Notes under the pieces: model-generated
Databases searched by the model: none
Seen by the model: only the letters and a program-made list of their open reading frames with translations
What the model was told of the DNA's origin: nothing
Source of the DNA: Eledone cirrhosa
Lineage: Eukaryota
Length of the DNA: 64,000 nt
Assembly: GCA_964016885.1 (NCBI GenBank)
Contig: OZ024752.1
Span: 12,276,001 to 12,340,000, forward strand
Reading direction: 5' to 3'
Translations under genes and position numbers: made by a program
Shown here: positions 12,915 to 25,882 of the stretch, piece after piece
Layout: every line of letters begins with the position of its first letter
Position numbering within the stretch: position 1 is the first letter of the stretch

Positions 12915-13025
12915 CTTTAAACGTTCTGTTCCTCGACTCTTTGGTCCTGTCCAGATGTAAATTGTCTCACCACAGTCCAAGATAAATACATCCCCTCTGT
13001 TCAAAGAATTCACATGACATTTTAC
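12915..13025 (-). CDS. Gelsolin-family exon 7 ([37 protein letters not shown])
   Basis: cttcag acceptor, gtagat donor, 111 nt, LNxGDVFILD motif. Confidence 0.95.
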
Positions 13026-13159
13026 CTGAAGTAAAAGTAGATTAATAGAAATATACCAGGTGTGGATTCATAGTAAAAGTGAAAAAAAATGTAGTTGGAG
13101 TAATAGTTTGTACATAGATTCATTCTACATATTCACTCTGTATGCATATACTTACAACA

Positions 13160-13560
13160 GCATCATCACCACCATCACCCTTACCAAAATCACGATCACC
13201 CTTACTAAAACCACCAACACCACCATCACCACCACCATCATCATCATTATCACCACCATCATCATCATCATCACCATCATCAGCATCACCACCACCATCA
13301 CCACCACCACCACCACCATCATCATCACTATCACCACCACCATCACCACCACCATCACCATCATCATCACTATCACCACCACCATCACCACCACCATCAC
13401 CATCACCATCATCATCATCATCATCACCATCATCATTGTCATCACCACCACCACCATCATCATCATCCCCATCACCACCACCATCACCAGTGCCACCATC
13501 ATCATCATCACCATCGCCACCACTATCACCATCACCACCATCATCTTCATCATCATCATT
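13160..13560. repeat. (CAC/CAT)n trinucleotide tract
   Basis: Seen directly. Confidence 0.95.
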
Positions 13561-13774
13561 TAAAGCCTGCTTTTCCCTACTCTGAAGGGTTAGATTGGTT
13601 GTTACCAACCACAGCAGCCCCCTAATCAGTGCTGCTGACCCCTCCTCAGATGGGCCATGATGTGAAGAAGGGTGGGAGGGCTGCATCATCACCATCATCA
13701 TCTTTATCATTCTCATCATCATTTAACATCTACTTTCCTTGCATCTTGCTTACATATGTTCCCACAGTCTACAG

Positions 13775-14065
13775 CAGGCTTGGACAACATTTTTCGAGAA
13801 GTGGGCCGCATGAGATATGGCTCATCATCAGGCGGGCTGCAAGCGCTAATTTACATTCGTGCCCACATTAAAAAAAAGGGTGGTAACTCAGGTTGTTTTG
13901 ATTTGCTTCTTCAGAATTCGTACACATTGTTTTCCTCGATCGTAAAAATGATAGAAAGATAAATTACGACTGAAAAGTTGGGGCAAAAATATCAGAAAGA
14001 TTTTCACTTAGGTGACTTAGGCGAGCCATTCAGAGAGCTTCGCGGGTCGCAGGTTGCCCATGACT
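13775..14065. mobile_element. hAT-like MITE (tentative)
   Basis: caggcttggacaac ... gttgcccatgactg imperfect TIR with GC-rich subterminal motifs. Confidence 0.45.
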
Positions 14066-15381
14066 GGTCTACAGAGTGGATGAGGTACATTTTACCATGA
14101 CACCAGCACTAGAGAAATTGTCATGTCCTTGAAACAACAACAGTCTTCCTGGCCCTTTGTTAGGCAAGTTCTCGATGACTGGATACCCTTCCTATCACCA
14201 ACTACTTTACAGAGGGATCACCACCCCTAAAGTGGTTGTCATGTCTTTGAAACAACTGAAGAGTCCTCTCAACCCATTTTTGGCAGGGTTTCTGCAGCTG
14301 GATACCCTTCTTATTGCCAACCACCCTACACATGTGTAAATGCACAAGCCAGAAACAGAGACAATATATGCGTGTGTGTGTGTGTACATGTGTGTATGTG
14401 TATATGTGCATAAGTGTACATACCCCTCCAACATCTACACTATTGTTATAATCCTTACCATCCCTATACACCCACCCCTTCAATTCTGTCAAGGATAACC
14501 TCTGCTCCATTTAATTCCTAACATACCAGTCAAAATTCCTTAGTAACTCTTTGTATCATCACCCTAATCCTCACCTTTCTCCTCCCTTGTTGCCCCCTCC
14601 CATTATCCCTTATTTCATACCCCCCACCTCCAATCCTATCCCCCAAAGTGTAAAAAGAGGAGCTCTTCAGTTGAGTCAATTACTAACAAACTCCCTAGTG
14701 CTGGTGCTACCATAGAATGTACCAAGTAGACTCTGTAAAGTGCTTTGGTGTTAGAAAGGACTTCCAGCCATAGAAACCATGCCAAAATAGTTAAGAGGAC
14801 CCTTTGGGCATGACACAACAGTCTCTCTAATGCTGGTGCCATAAAATATACATTCAGTACACCCTGAAAGCTGGTTGGCTGGTTGGTTGGTGATATGAAA
14901 AGCATCCAGTCATAGAAACCATTATATAAATTTCTGAATAGTCATAGATAATATAATCATGCCATTGATAACAAGTCTGCTTGATCAGAGCTGAACTGTG
15001 ACTCAAGAACATTAGAATTCAGTGCTGACCTGTGGATCACCATAAGAAATATGTGTACCTATGGATCAACAACATAAGCAATCTGTGTATCTTTGACTCA
15101 ACGGCATAAGAAACGTGTGTATCTGTGGATCAACAACATAAATAATATCTTTGTGTCTGTGACTCAACAACATAAAAAAATCTGTGGCTCAACATCAAAA
15201 GAAATGTGTGCATCTGTGGCTCAACAACATAAGAAATGTGTGTATCTGTGGATCAACAACATAAGAAATATGTGGCTCAAAAGCATAAGAAGTGTGTGTA
15301 TCTGTGGATCAACAACATAATAAATCTGTGGATGAACAACATAAGAAATCTGTGGATCAAAAGCATGAGAAGTGTGTGTAC

Positions 15382-15487
15382 CTGTGTTACGCGGATATTT
15401 CTTTTCCCTTTCACATGAAGCAATCTTTTCTGATAGACATTTCTTTCCACTTTACGGAAGCCACTCTCAATTCCTCCACTTAGATAA
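15382..15487 (-). CDS. Gelsolin-family exon 6 ([35 protein letters not shown])
   Basis: tttgcag acceptor, gtacac donor, 106 nt, GGxxSGF and RLLHVKG motifs. Confidence 0.95.
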
Positions 15488-15692
15488 CTGCAAAATAAAA
15501 TAAAAGACAGAACAAGAAAGTAATAAGCTGGAAAGGAAACTGGTCTTAGAGAACAGTCACTTTTCTGTAATAATCATTGAAAAGGTGGTAGCTCAGCCAT
15601 CGGGCACTATGTATAATACATACACTCTACTTTCTCAAGTATCAAGTACTTAACTGAACTTGGTCTTACTAGTCTAAACTGGTAACACCCAA

Positions 15693-15792
<100 letters not shown>

Positions 15793-16170
15793 TCATCATC
15801 ATCATCATCATCACCGTTTTACGTCCGTTCTTCCACGCTAGCATGGGTTAGACGGGTTGTCCTGTTGTGGGCAGTGTCTGGTCGGCTGACCATGCCTTGC
15901 TCATACAGGAACTGATCTGGCTTGATTTCTACAGCTGGATGCCCTTCCTAACACCAACCTCATTTACAGTGAGTGCTGGGTGCTTTTTCGTGGCGCCTAC
16001 ACGTCCACTTTACAGTGTGGGCTGGGTGCTTTTTTGCCGTGGCACCTCCACGACCACCTTGCGGTGGGGGGGGGGGGGCATATTGTTTATATATATATAT
16101 ATAATATAAGATCAAAAGATAGTTAAAAGAGTTCCATGTATTTTATTATGCGTATTTCATATATATATAT

Positions 16171-16965
16171 ACTAGCAGCAGTACCCAGCGTTGCCTGGAT
16201 AGGTAAAATAATATCTGCTTTGATGAAAAGGTGTTGATCTTAGCGACTGCTTCTCGATGACTCATCTATGACCACACACAGGCCATGCGGGGGAGGGTGG
16301 TGATGATCTCTATCACTGAGAAACGCGGGTGACTTACGAAGGGGCATGTTGGGGGAGGGAAGAAATGACCTCTAACACTAAGCCAAATTTCCTCACGCTA
16401 CTTGATTGGAAACCGATGAATTCTCAAATACACAACTAAAAGCTCAGACGATGTCAGTGGCCATCGTTTTGCCTTTGACCATCTATAAGATGTGCAATGA
16501 TAGGTTCTATCGTAGTATAAAAGTTGAACCAAATAAATTGATTTATGTGTGAGGTGGGGCCGAAGTTTCGAATTTGGACGAAATCGGTTGAAAATGTGGG
16601 AGCTAGAGCCGAAAGGTGGTATTTTCGAATATTTAAGCGGCTGCCACGCCGTTCTTGAACGAAAAATCCAAAATGTAAAGCCACTTTAAGACGTGAAATA
16701 ATCAGATATAGCGTAGTGTAAAATTTGAAAAAAATAGGTTGATTAATGTGGGAGCTAGAGCCGAAAAAGTGGAAATTTGAGTCTAAAAGTGGTATTTTTG
16801 AATATTTAAGCGGCTGCCACGCCGTCCCTGAACAACAAATGAAAAATATAAAGAAATTACAGGATGTGTAATGGTAAATTCTATTTTCCTTTAAAATTTG
16901 AACGAAATCGGTGGCAAAATGTGGGAGTTAGAGTTAAAAATCTTATTTTTCGATACCTAAAAAAA
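16171..16965 (+). mobile_element. Helitron/Helentron-like non-autonomous element (tentative)
   Basis: Starts actagcagcagtacccagcgttgcctgg; internal imperfect repeats aaatcggt..aatgtgggagctagag. Confidence 0.45.
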
Positions 16966-16967
16966 GG

Positions 16968-17737
16968 ATCTCTGCCAGGGCGTCCGTGCTTGAACATTTT
17001 GTCTCGAACTGGTAGAGCTCCTCGGTAGCACTGCCAGGCCAGAGACCTCTGGAAGTTATCCATAGGCCCTGGACAGAAAGTCCTCCCGAACAGACTGGTC
17101 AGTTCGTCCTCCTCGATGCCTAGAGTTTCCCCGAGGACGTCGTCGCACTTATCCTCCACTAATCCCCTATAGAATGTCAAAGTGGAGTCTCCACTGATTG
17201 CCGTTTCTGCTTGGTAGATGGCTATGAGCGCCTGTAGGCACTCGAGGTGCCAGGCACCCATTTTCGGTCTTCGCTTGAGCAAGGACTGCAGCTCTGTTAG
17301 TGAGACGAGTTGTCTCACAAACGACAGCCACACCGGTTCACCGGTCAGGAATACCTGGAGATGGCGTAGCCTTAGCTCATGTTTGCGCATCATCAGCCAT
17401 GGCATGCCCAGCCCTCCATTAGAAGGGTGTTGACAGCAGATGGATCTCCTCACCAATGGAGCCTGTTTATTCCAGAGGAACTTGATTGGTAAGGTATTCG
17501 CGGGGGCAAGGCACGACTGTCAAGCGGTAGTAGATGACGGACGCTATGTAGGTGTTCACCACCTCCGCTCGACCTTTCAAGGAGAGTTTGAACTCAGCCC
17601 ACTTTTGGGTGAGTGCAAACACCTTTGCCGTGACCTCGTTCCAGTTCTTGTCCACCTGGAGGTCTGGACCAAACCAGACCCCGAGCAATTTCACCGGTCC
17701 TTCCGTCCAGCGTCCAACGACACTGTCGGAAGGCATA
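16968..17737 (-). mobile_element. L1/Tx1-clade LINE ORF2 fragment
   Basis: VKLLGVWF..W..LSLKGRAEV..GGLGMP..GALPV; abuts a (GATA)n tract. Confidence 0.8.
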
Positions 17738-17796
17738 AGATAGATAGATAGATAGACAGATACATAGATATGTATTTATGGTAAACAGAGCCTTAC

Positions 17797-17849
17797 GTTA
17801 TCCCTTTCTTGAAGTATGACAGAAACAGCTGTGACTCATGGTTCTGAAC
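17797..17849 (-). CDS. Gelsolin-family exon 5 (VQNHESQLFLSYFKKGI)
   Basis: ctacag acceptor, gtaagg donor, 53 nt, ends in phase 2. Confidence 0.93.
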
Positions 17850-19426
17850 CTGTAGAATATAAGAATATATCACATATACATACCAACATATACAACATAT
17901 GGGTGGAAGGGGTGGGGCAGGAACATATCAAGTAGGAAAAAATGTCGGTTAAAAACGTTTAGAAGCTAGAGTTAGGGTTAATTTTAGGGATAGAAAATTA
18001 AAACTGAGTGTTTAAAAATGTTTAAGGTATAATTAAACAAGTAGAGTCCGCACAGTTGGCCGGTGAATTACCGTTTAGTTAAGCTAAGCTAATTTACTAT
18101 CTGCTTTGGGTTCCACTTATAGTTTAATGTTAGAAGTAAGGTATGGTGGTTAACAACACCCAAATAAGGCGACCCCCCCCCCCCCCCCCTTCCACACACA
18201 CACACAAGGGGCCCGACAGTCCAACGACCGTTCCGAGTCATTACAGTTTACCGTAGAAAAGGGAAATTTAATTTATTGCCAAGCACTGAAGGAGGCGGGC
18301 AGACCCAGTAACCCCGAGTGCAGCTAGAAGGGTATCTATAGCCAGCCGGTTATACATGACATAATATATGCCATGTATTCGTAGCAAGTGAACTCCCCAG
18401 CTGTCCCTAGGTTCCAAGTGCTAGTCAGTCCCCAAATCATACTGGGTGTAATCCACATAAGCAAGGTACATACATTCAAACTAGGCTATCGCTACACTAT
18501 GAAGACACTATTGTATGTTATATATTACTATAATACAATTATCTTCTGGCAGTGTATTAACACTTTCACCAATTGAATGATAATAAATTAGTTATAATAC
18601 TATATATTATATAGTGAATACATCTCAAGGGGTAGGTGGAGCAATTAATCAAACAAGTATACATGTAGCTAATGGTAAATACGTGAAGGAGTGTTTAATA
18701 AATAGAAAGTATTGGGGTCATAGAGAGTAAAAAGAACATTCAATCAGTCAACACAAGCCAAATATTCTGGTACTTTATTTTATCGACCCCGTAAGTATGA
18801 AAGGCAAAGTTAACTTCGGCGCGATTTGAACTCAGAGTGGCAAGGGGCGTAACTCTATGCGTCAAAGCATGGCGTCCGACCCTCTACCGATGCTGCCATT
18901 CCACTGCCATAGGCATAAGCTAATAATAATTGTTTCTACTTTAGGCACAAGGCCAGCAATTACCCAGTATGACAATAATCTTTCAATTTATTGTAGATTT
19001 ACCCTTGTGGAATCTCACACTCACACAGGTTCTGATTTTACTCCAGTCTTGCCTTTGTGGAATTTTATACCAACTCACAATTCTTGATTTTACTGCAGAT
19101 TTACCCATGAAAAATATTGCACACTCACAGCTTTTGAATTTTTACTTCTAATGTTTTTTCTTTTTTTTTCCCTTCTCTTTGCATGTTCTTTCTCTCCCAC
19201 TGTATTTACCTGCCTCTCACATGACCACACTCCTCTCCACGCACTCATAATCTTCTACCCCCTTCTCCACTTTCTATCCCTCCCTCTGCTCACCCTTTTC
19301 TTCGTCCTCATACACAGCCCACCTATGTCTTCGCTTGACCCGTTTTTGGCCCGATGTTTCAATCAAACTATCACTGGCAATTGCCAATTGATAAAGTTGC
19401 CACCACTTTAACCTAATCCACTCTAG

Positions 19427-21797
19427 GTGGCGGTGGCATGCGTCGAGCGACCAAGAGAACTGCTTAGTGGAACGACAAAGTTACAACAGGTCAGCCTTCA
19501 ACCTCTCATTCTCCACCAACTTTGGCACGCACGAGAGGAGCTAACTTGTCACCACCTACCCCCTGCTCCTCTCCACCGCAGATTCCGAGCGAATTCAACC
19601 CTGCCAACCCCACCACCCCTACAACAGTTAGCCCACCACCCAACCGCTGGTCTAGCCCCACTGTTAGAACCACTGCTGCCTCTTTTACTGACTCATTCTC
19701 TCCACCGAATTCCAACGCTGGGCCTCTACGGCCAGCTGCTACCAGCCCACCACCTGATTGCACTCTCTGTGCCCGCACTAACCGGTACTTAAAGACAATA
19801 AAATGTCACCTATGCCACACAAGCTACCACAGAAGCTGTGTCGGCATCACCAAGGCTCAAGCTGAGAGGCTTCAATACAGGACCTGTGATCGGTGCCACT
19901 TCAGCTCCGACGTATTCCATGGGGATGCCCCACGCTTTGATAACCAACTCTCTACTTTTCCACAGCCCTCCAGGGTTTCTCCAAATCAAAGCTCGTCAAC
20001 CGGATCCCTACGGGAACTCCGAATAGTTTTGCACGTGCCCTCTCCAATTTATTGAAAAACGTTTGCTCATCCAACAATAGGTCTGACTGGCAGAAATTGT
20101 TTTGTTTCCTCTCATCATTTAACTCCGTCAGCCGTGACGTCATCTTCGGCTCAGTAAGAGAGAGGGTACCACAACTCTACCACTTTGCTTGGCAGGCTTA
20201 TCGAGAGCCATCCTACCTCTCTTTCGGTGACCAAATCATCACCTCTGCCTCAAGAGCCCAACAGGGTGACCCACTCGGGCCTGCTCTGTTTGCACTGGGC
20301 ATTGATGACGTCACCAAGATGTGGGTTGAGTTGGACCTCAATGTCTGGTACCTCGACGACTCTTGTTTGGGGGGAACTCCGGATATGGTTCTCGCCACTG
20401 CCAACAAGATGGTTGAGGAGCTTGGCCGCCAGCGTCTCCAGGTCAATAGCTCCAAATGTGAGCTCTGGATCCTCAACACCAACAGCTAATCAACCTGTTT
20501 ACGGAGTCCTTCCCTTCCATCGCGGTCCCTCCCCCATCAGCTTTGTGCTCCTTAGGAGCCCTAATCACAGACCTTGCCTTCGAGTCAATCTTCCAATCGA
20601 AGATGGTTGGCTTTGAGCAGCTTCCTTTCCTCCACCCACGCTTGCTCCACCCTGGTGAGCAGCATCCTCTCCTCTCCAACATTGACTAGTTCCAACAGGG
20701 AGTTGGATGAAGGTCTCCAGCAATGGAGTGAGTTGGGCTTGTCTCTTCCTGAGAAGGTGGAGGACAGCCAAAGTCAGAGAAGTTGGGACAGCATAAGTTT
20801 GAGGGCCACCTTCGACTCCCTCTTCATCCAGTTGGATCAGTTTGCAAGGTGCCGCTTACTATCTGCCAGCGCCAAATACTCAGGCGACTGGGTTGATGCC
20901 CTACCCCTGGCCAACGTTGGTGGCCTACTCATCCTGGATGAGTTTCATGTCTCCATCGCTCTCAGATGGGTTTGCATGGGTTTGAGGTGCCGATGCGGCA
21001 AACTCCATGTCTCCATAGGCCTCCACGGTCTTTCTTGCCACCTGAATGCCAGCCGCTTCGCGTGTTACACGGAGCTAAACCTCATTCTAAAGAGAGCTTT
21101 GGTCCGGGCGAATATCCCATCATTCTTGGAACCATCTGGGTTGTCCAGAAGTAGCGGCAAAAGACCTGACGGCCTTACCCTGTGCCCCCCTGGTCGAGAG
21201 GCAGGTGCCTTGTCTGGGACGTCACTGTTAGTGACTCTTTTGCTTCTTCCCACATCCTGGATGCAGCGGTTAGGACGAGAGCCACAGCTTCCACAGCCGA
21301 GTGGAACAAGACCTCAAATACTCTGATCTGTCGACCAGCTACATTTTTCAGCCTGTGGCTTTCGAGGCGTTTGGGGGAGTCGGGCAGCTGACTGCAAGTT
21401 TCGTCTCTTCACTGGCGGCTTGCCTGATAGAGGTAACTGGCGAATCTCGCGAGGGCGCTTGGCTGTTTCAGTGCATCAGCCTCGCTATCACTCGAGGAAA
21501 CGCTGCGAGTGTGCTGGCTTGCCTCAAAACTCATTAGAGAGGTTGCCCAGTACCCCCTCGTTACTGTCTATTGTTCTGGTGTTGGCTCGGTTGTTCACCC
21601 CTTCCTTTACATTTTCTTTAATATTGTATCTTTCTGAAAGAATCACGAGCAATTTATAATGTTATTTACGCATTTGTAATGTTATTTATGTATTTATTTC
21701 AAACATATTTAATATTTTCATTCTGTAAAGAATTATAAACAATCTCTAATGTTATTTATAACACACAATAAATCATAATTTGTCTAAAAAAAAAAAA
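19427..21797 (+). mobile_element. Decayed CRE-like non-LTR retrotransposon with restriction-like endonuclease
   Basis: FNSVSR, QQGDPLGP, WYLDD (RT); CRCG..HGLSC knuckle; RPDG..WDVT..FQPVAFE..RGNA (RLE); aataaa then poly(A) at ~21786; frameshifts and an internal deletion; 5' limit approximate. Confidence 0.85.
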
Positions 21798-22502
21798 TAT
21801 ATATATATCATCATTCATCATCATCATCATTTCATTTTACTTCCGCTTTTTCCCTGCTTGCAAGGGTGGGACGGGAACTGATTCTGGCTTGATTTCTACA
21901 GCTGGATGCCCTTCCTAACACCAACCTCATTTACAGTGAGTGCTGGGTGCTTTTTTTGCCGTGGCTCCTCCACGACCACTTTGCAGTGGAATGATAGAGA
22001 CCCCAGTCCTGTCATCTCATTTCTACAGCTGAGTAAACTGGAGCAATGTGAAATAAAGTGTCTTGCTCAAGGAAACAACACATCACCTGGTCTGAGAATT
22101 GAACTCACAACCTTTCGATTGCAAGGCCAATGCTCTAACCACTAAGCCATGTGCCTCCATATATATAGGAATACAAAATAACAAATAGAGTGTAAGATAT
22201 AAACGAATAAACAAATAAACTGCAGAAATCAAAACCAATAAAACCAGTGAAGTTTAGACATCAAAAGATAAGTTTGGAAGTGTTGTTTGAAAAAAATACA
22301 ATTAAGGTAGAGTTGATATCAGGTGAGATTAGTTTATTGTTTGTTAAGCAGTAACCGGCCATGCAATATATATTATGGGATACTGTTGGTTTCTTGATTC
22401 AATAATTTCTATACTTTTCATTTATATATATTATATATATATATATTATATATATATAAGTACGTATACGTACATACATATATGTATACAGACGTACAGT
22501 AG

Positions 22503-22542
<40 letters not shown>

Positions 22543-22683
22543 CATGCACACATATATATATGTACGTATGGATTTACCGAACATTTATTATAAAGCTTGG
22601 TGTGTTTGTAAACAAACATCCCGAATTAAGCCATACAGTGTTTAGCAACCATCGTTGCTCTTTTGTTCAACACTGACAAAGGA

Positions 22684-22726
22684 ACGATGTACTAGTTTCA
22701 AGCTTATTAGCTATCGTCAGCATCAT
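22684..22726 (-). ncRNA. Hammerhead motif in left arm of the 22.5-23.1 kb inverted repeat
   Basis: Minus strand reads atgatg-CTGACGA-tagctaataagctt-GAAA-ctag-TA-catcgt. Confidence 0.78.
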
Positions 22727-22856
22727 ATACCTTCCTGCCAGATGATTGAACGTCTGAAAGTATATACTTTCCTTATGCATATTAGGCTGCTCAGCCGTTA
22801 ATATACATAAGGAAAGTATATACTTTCACACGTTCAATCATCTGGCAGGAAGGTAT

Positions 22857-22899
22857 ACGGTGCTGACGATAGCTAATAAGCTTGAAACTAGTACGTCGT
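22857..22899 (+). ncRNA. Hammerhead motif in right arm of the 22.5-23.1 kb inverted repeat
   Basis: acggtg-CTGACGA-tagctaataagctt-GAAA-ctag-TA-cgtcgt; palindromic stem III ACTAGT. Confidence 0.78.
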
Positions 22900-23700
22900 T
22901 CCCTTGTCAGTGTTGAACAAAAGAGCAACGATGGTTGCTAAACACTGTACGGCTTAATTCGGGATGTTTGTTTACAAACACAACGAGCATTATAATAAAT
23001 GTTCGGTAAATCCATACGTACATATATATATGTGTGCATGTATGTATATACTAATGTACGTCTGTATACATATATGTATGTACGTATACATACTTATATT
23101 TAAGTAACAGCCGTACTAAGAGTGAGAAATGAAATTTTGTTTCATTTTTTTCCGTTTATATATATATATATATATACAATTGAATAAACAAGAGAGATGA
23201 ACACTAATATAAACATACATGTGTTCGAATCGTAAGGACCAAATTTGCTAGGGTGAAAAAATACTAACTACAGCAATATGGTTTGTTATCCTTAACTTTA
23301 AATATTAAATTAAGAAAAATAACAGACCTATATTGGACAAAGCGCCTGGTAACAACTAGACAGTGTTGGAGACTGTTTCGCAACAACTTATTAAGTGAAG
23401 TTCTCACGTTTCTCTGCTCCTCAGTAGTTGTTGAGAAAGTAGTGATCCTTTCACTTCTAAAAATATTAGAGAATGAATTGTGTGCGATATGAATTATCGC
23501 ACATGTCATTTGGAACCAGCTTGTCTCGAAATTCCCTACCGCTAAAAGTAGCAGCCTGGCTGACAGGACATTAAAAATTAGCTCTACGTGATGGAGCCGA
23601 CAAATATATATTGAGTTAAGAACTCAGTAGAGTGCTTTTAATCTATTGTAAAACTATATTCATTGAGTAATCAATGAACCATATTAATCTTTGGTCACAT

Positions 23701-23733
<33 letters not shown>

Positions 23734-23766
23734 TATACAATTATCAAAGTTGTGTTCAAATCATTT

Positions 23767-23819
23767 AATAGCTGACAATCGTTTTTTCCAAACTCTCGTT
23801 TGGAGTCATCGGAGCATTA
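23767..23819 (-). ncRNA. Degenerate hammerhead motif (CCGATGA core, GAAA mutated)
   Basis: aatgct-CCGATGA-ctccaaac gaga gtttggaa-aAAA-cgattg-TC-agctatt. Confidence 0.5.
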
Positions 23820-23907
23820 TCAATGTTTGCACATATAATTAACCTCCTATTCAACTGAACAATAATATAGATACATATAAATTGATGTTGTGAGCAACAG
23901 TTTTGTA

Positions 23908-24808
23908 CTATAATGAACAGGAGAGGACTAAGAACAGAGCCTTGATGGACACCGACCTGTATGCTAAATTCCTCAGTATAGTCATTGTTAACCCTAACTT
24001 TGCTGAGTACTCCCCTATACATCGCTTGTACCATTTTCACAAGCCATTCATCTACTCCTAGTTTTCTAAGAGCCCACCATATTATAGCGCGAGGCACTCT
24101 GTCGAAGGCTTTTTCCAGATCGACAAATGCCAAGTAGAGCTGCTTACTTTTAGCTAGGTTCTTTTCCTGTAACTGCCTCACAAGGAAGAGGGCATCAGTG
24201 GTGCCTTTTTCTGGCACAAACCCAAATTGCATCTCACCTAGTTTTACCCGGTCCCTAATCAACTGTGCTATAACTTTTTTTGTTACTTTCATCACCTGGT
24301 CCATCAGCTTTATACCTGTATAGTTTCCTCTATCTAGTGCATCACCTTTACCCTTGTAGCAGTTGACAATGATGCTGCTGCACCAATCCTTTGATATGAT
24401 ACCCTCTAGTATTACCTGGTTAACAATACGTGTGGTTATGGTGTGACCTACTGACCCAGATGCTTTCAGCAGCTCAGCAGCTATCCCTGATGGACCGGTT
24501 GCCTTCCCAGTCTTCATATCTTTAATTGCCTTACTTACTACGCTGCCACTGACTTGTACTGCTGGCCCCTCAATAGCGTCCACTTGGGGTAGGGTCTCTT
24601 TCTCCCATGCATTTTCCTCATTTAATAATCTTTCATAGTGGCTCTTCCACACATCTTTCTTCTCAGCATTTGTGAGGGCAAGCTCATCTTTATCATTCCG
24701 AACACACTTCTCTCCAATGACATCACAATTTTCTCTAACACACTGCCTCGCAATCCTGAACACCTATGTTTCTGGTCCTCACACTGCAACGCATGCTTGA
24801 ATTTTCTA
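23908..24808 (-). mobile_element. RTE LINE RT fragment
   Basis: KATGPSG, NYTGIKL, DLEKAFD, GVHQGSVLSPLLF; closely similar to 48200-49100. Confidence 0.92.
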
Positions 24809-25245
24809 TAAATATATATATATATATAGTATTAATTGTACTATTTATGGTTAGCAGTTATATGTATTTTTTATACAAACCCTAAATAGTGGTAGGCAGT
24901 AATGTATTACTAGCTTATTACCAGGATCAACCAACCTAACACTCTTCTTTACCTACCTAAGTGCTCCTACCACACATATCTCTCTGCCACACTATATAAA
25001 CAAGACACACGTGCTTGCCACACATATAACATTTGCACTATATAACCGCTTATCTTCATGTTGTATTTTAACCTGTATTTTTGTTTTTTTGTTTTTTGAT
25101 TGTACCTTTTATTATGAATGTAATCTCGAAGTGTGTACTGCCACTCTAAATGCTGTAATGAATGTTGACCCACAATATTTGCATATGTATCGGTATGTCT
25201 CTTGGCTGAAAAGGAGGTCATATAACTGTCCATTCATTAATAAAT

Positions 25246-25292
25246 TGCTCCGAAGAATCCAAACCTCGGTTTGGAGGAAACAGCTGTAAGCA
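25246..25292 (+). ncRNA. Hammerhead motif with variant core CCGAAGA
   Basis: tgct-CCGAAGA-atccaaac ctcg gtttggag-GAAA-cagctg-TA-agca. Confidence 0.7.
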
Positions 25293-25318
25293 CAATAATG
25301 TTTTGAACAGTTCTTTGA

Positions 25319-25378
<60 letters not shown>

Positions 25379-25436
25379 ATATATGAAAGACGTAAAATAA
25401 GAAAATTATAGAAATTAACTTACTTACTCAAATTTC

Positions 25437-25518
25437 ACTCCAACTAATTAGTTTCTGAAAGGGAATAAACATGGTTTCCGAATGGAAAGCATGGAGAAAC
25501 CTTTTGTCATCAGGAAGT
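25437..25518 (-). ncRNA. Hammerhead motif with extended stem II
   Basis: acttc-CTGATGA-(caaaagg..catg c tttcc attc ggaaa c catg..cctttca)-GAAA-ctaattag-TT-ggagt; palindromic stem III ACTAATTAGT. Confidence 0.68.
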
Positions 25519-25761
25519 TCATTCTCAGCTAAGTTACCAGGCGATGTGTGGACACAGGGAACTTATACAAAAATAATTCAGTGGATGGAAAAAAGCAAGC
25601 GTGGACTAAATTCCAAGACATTGAAAAAAATCACTGCCTACTTGGTCGGTGGCAAATTCAAAAGAATCAATCACGTGACATTGAGGTTAATCAGTGAGGA
25701 GTGGGGTGTTAAAAAGACAGTGACCGAGCCATTACTATGAACTAGAGTAGCAGTTTTGGCA

Positions 25762-25882
<121 letters not shown>

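Larger units (their letters stand above)
22454..23099. mobile_element. ~640-bp near-perfect inverted repeat, probable Penelope-like pseudo-LTR inversion
   Basis: Arms mirror around ~22791; each arm carries a hammerhead; termini are TA-rich. Confidence 0.7.
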
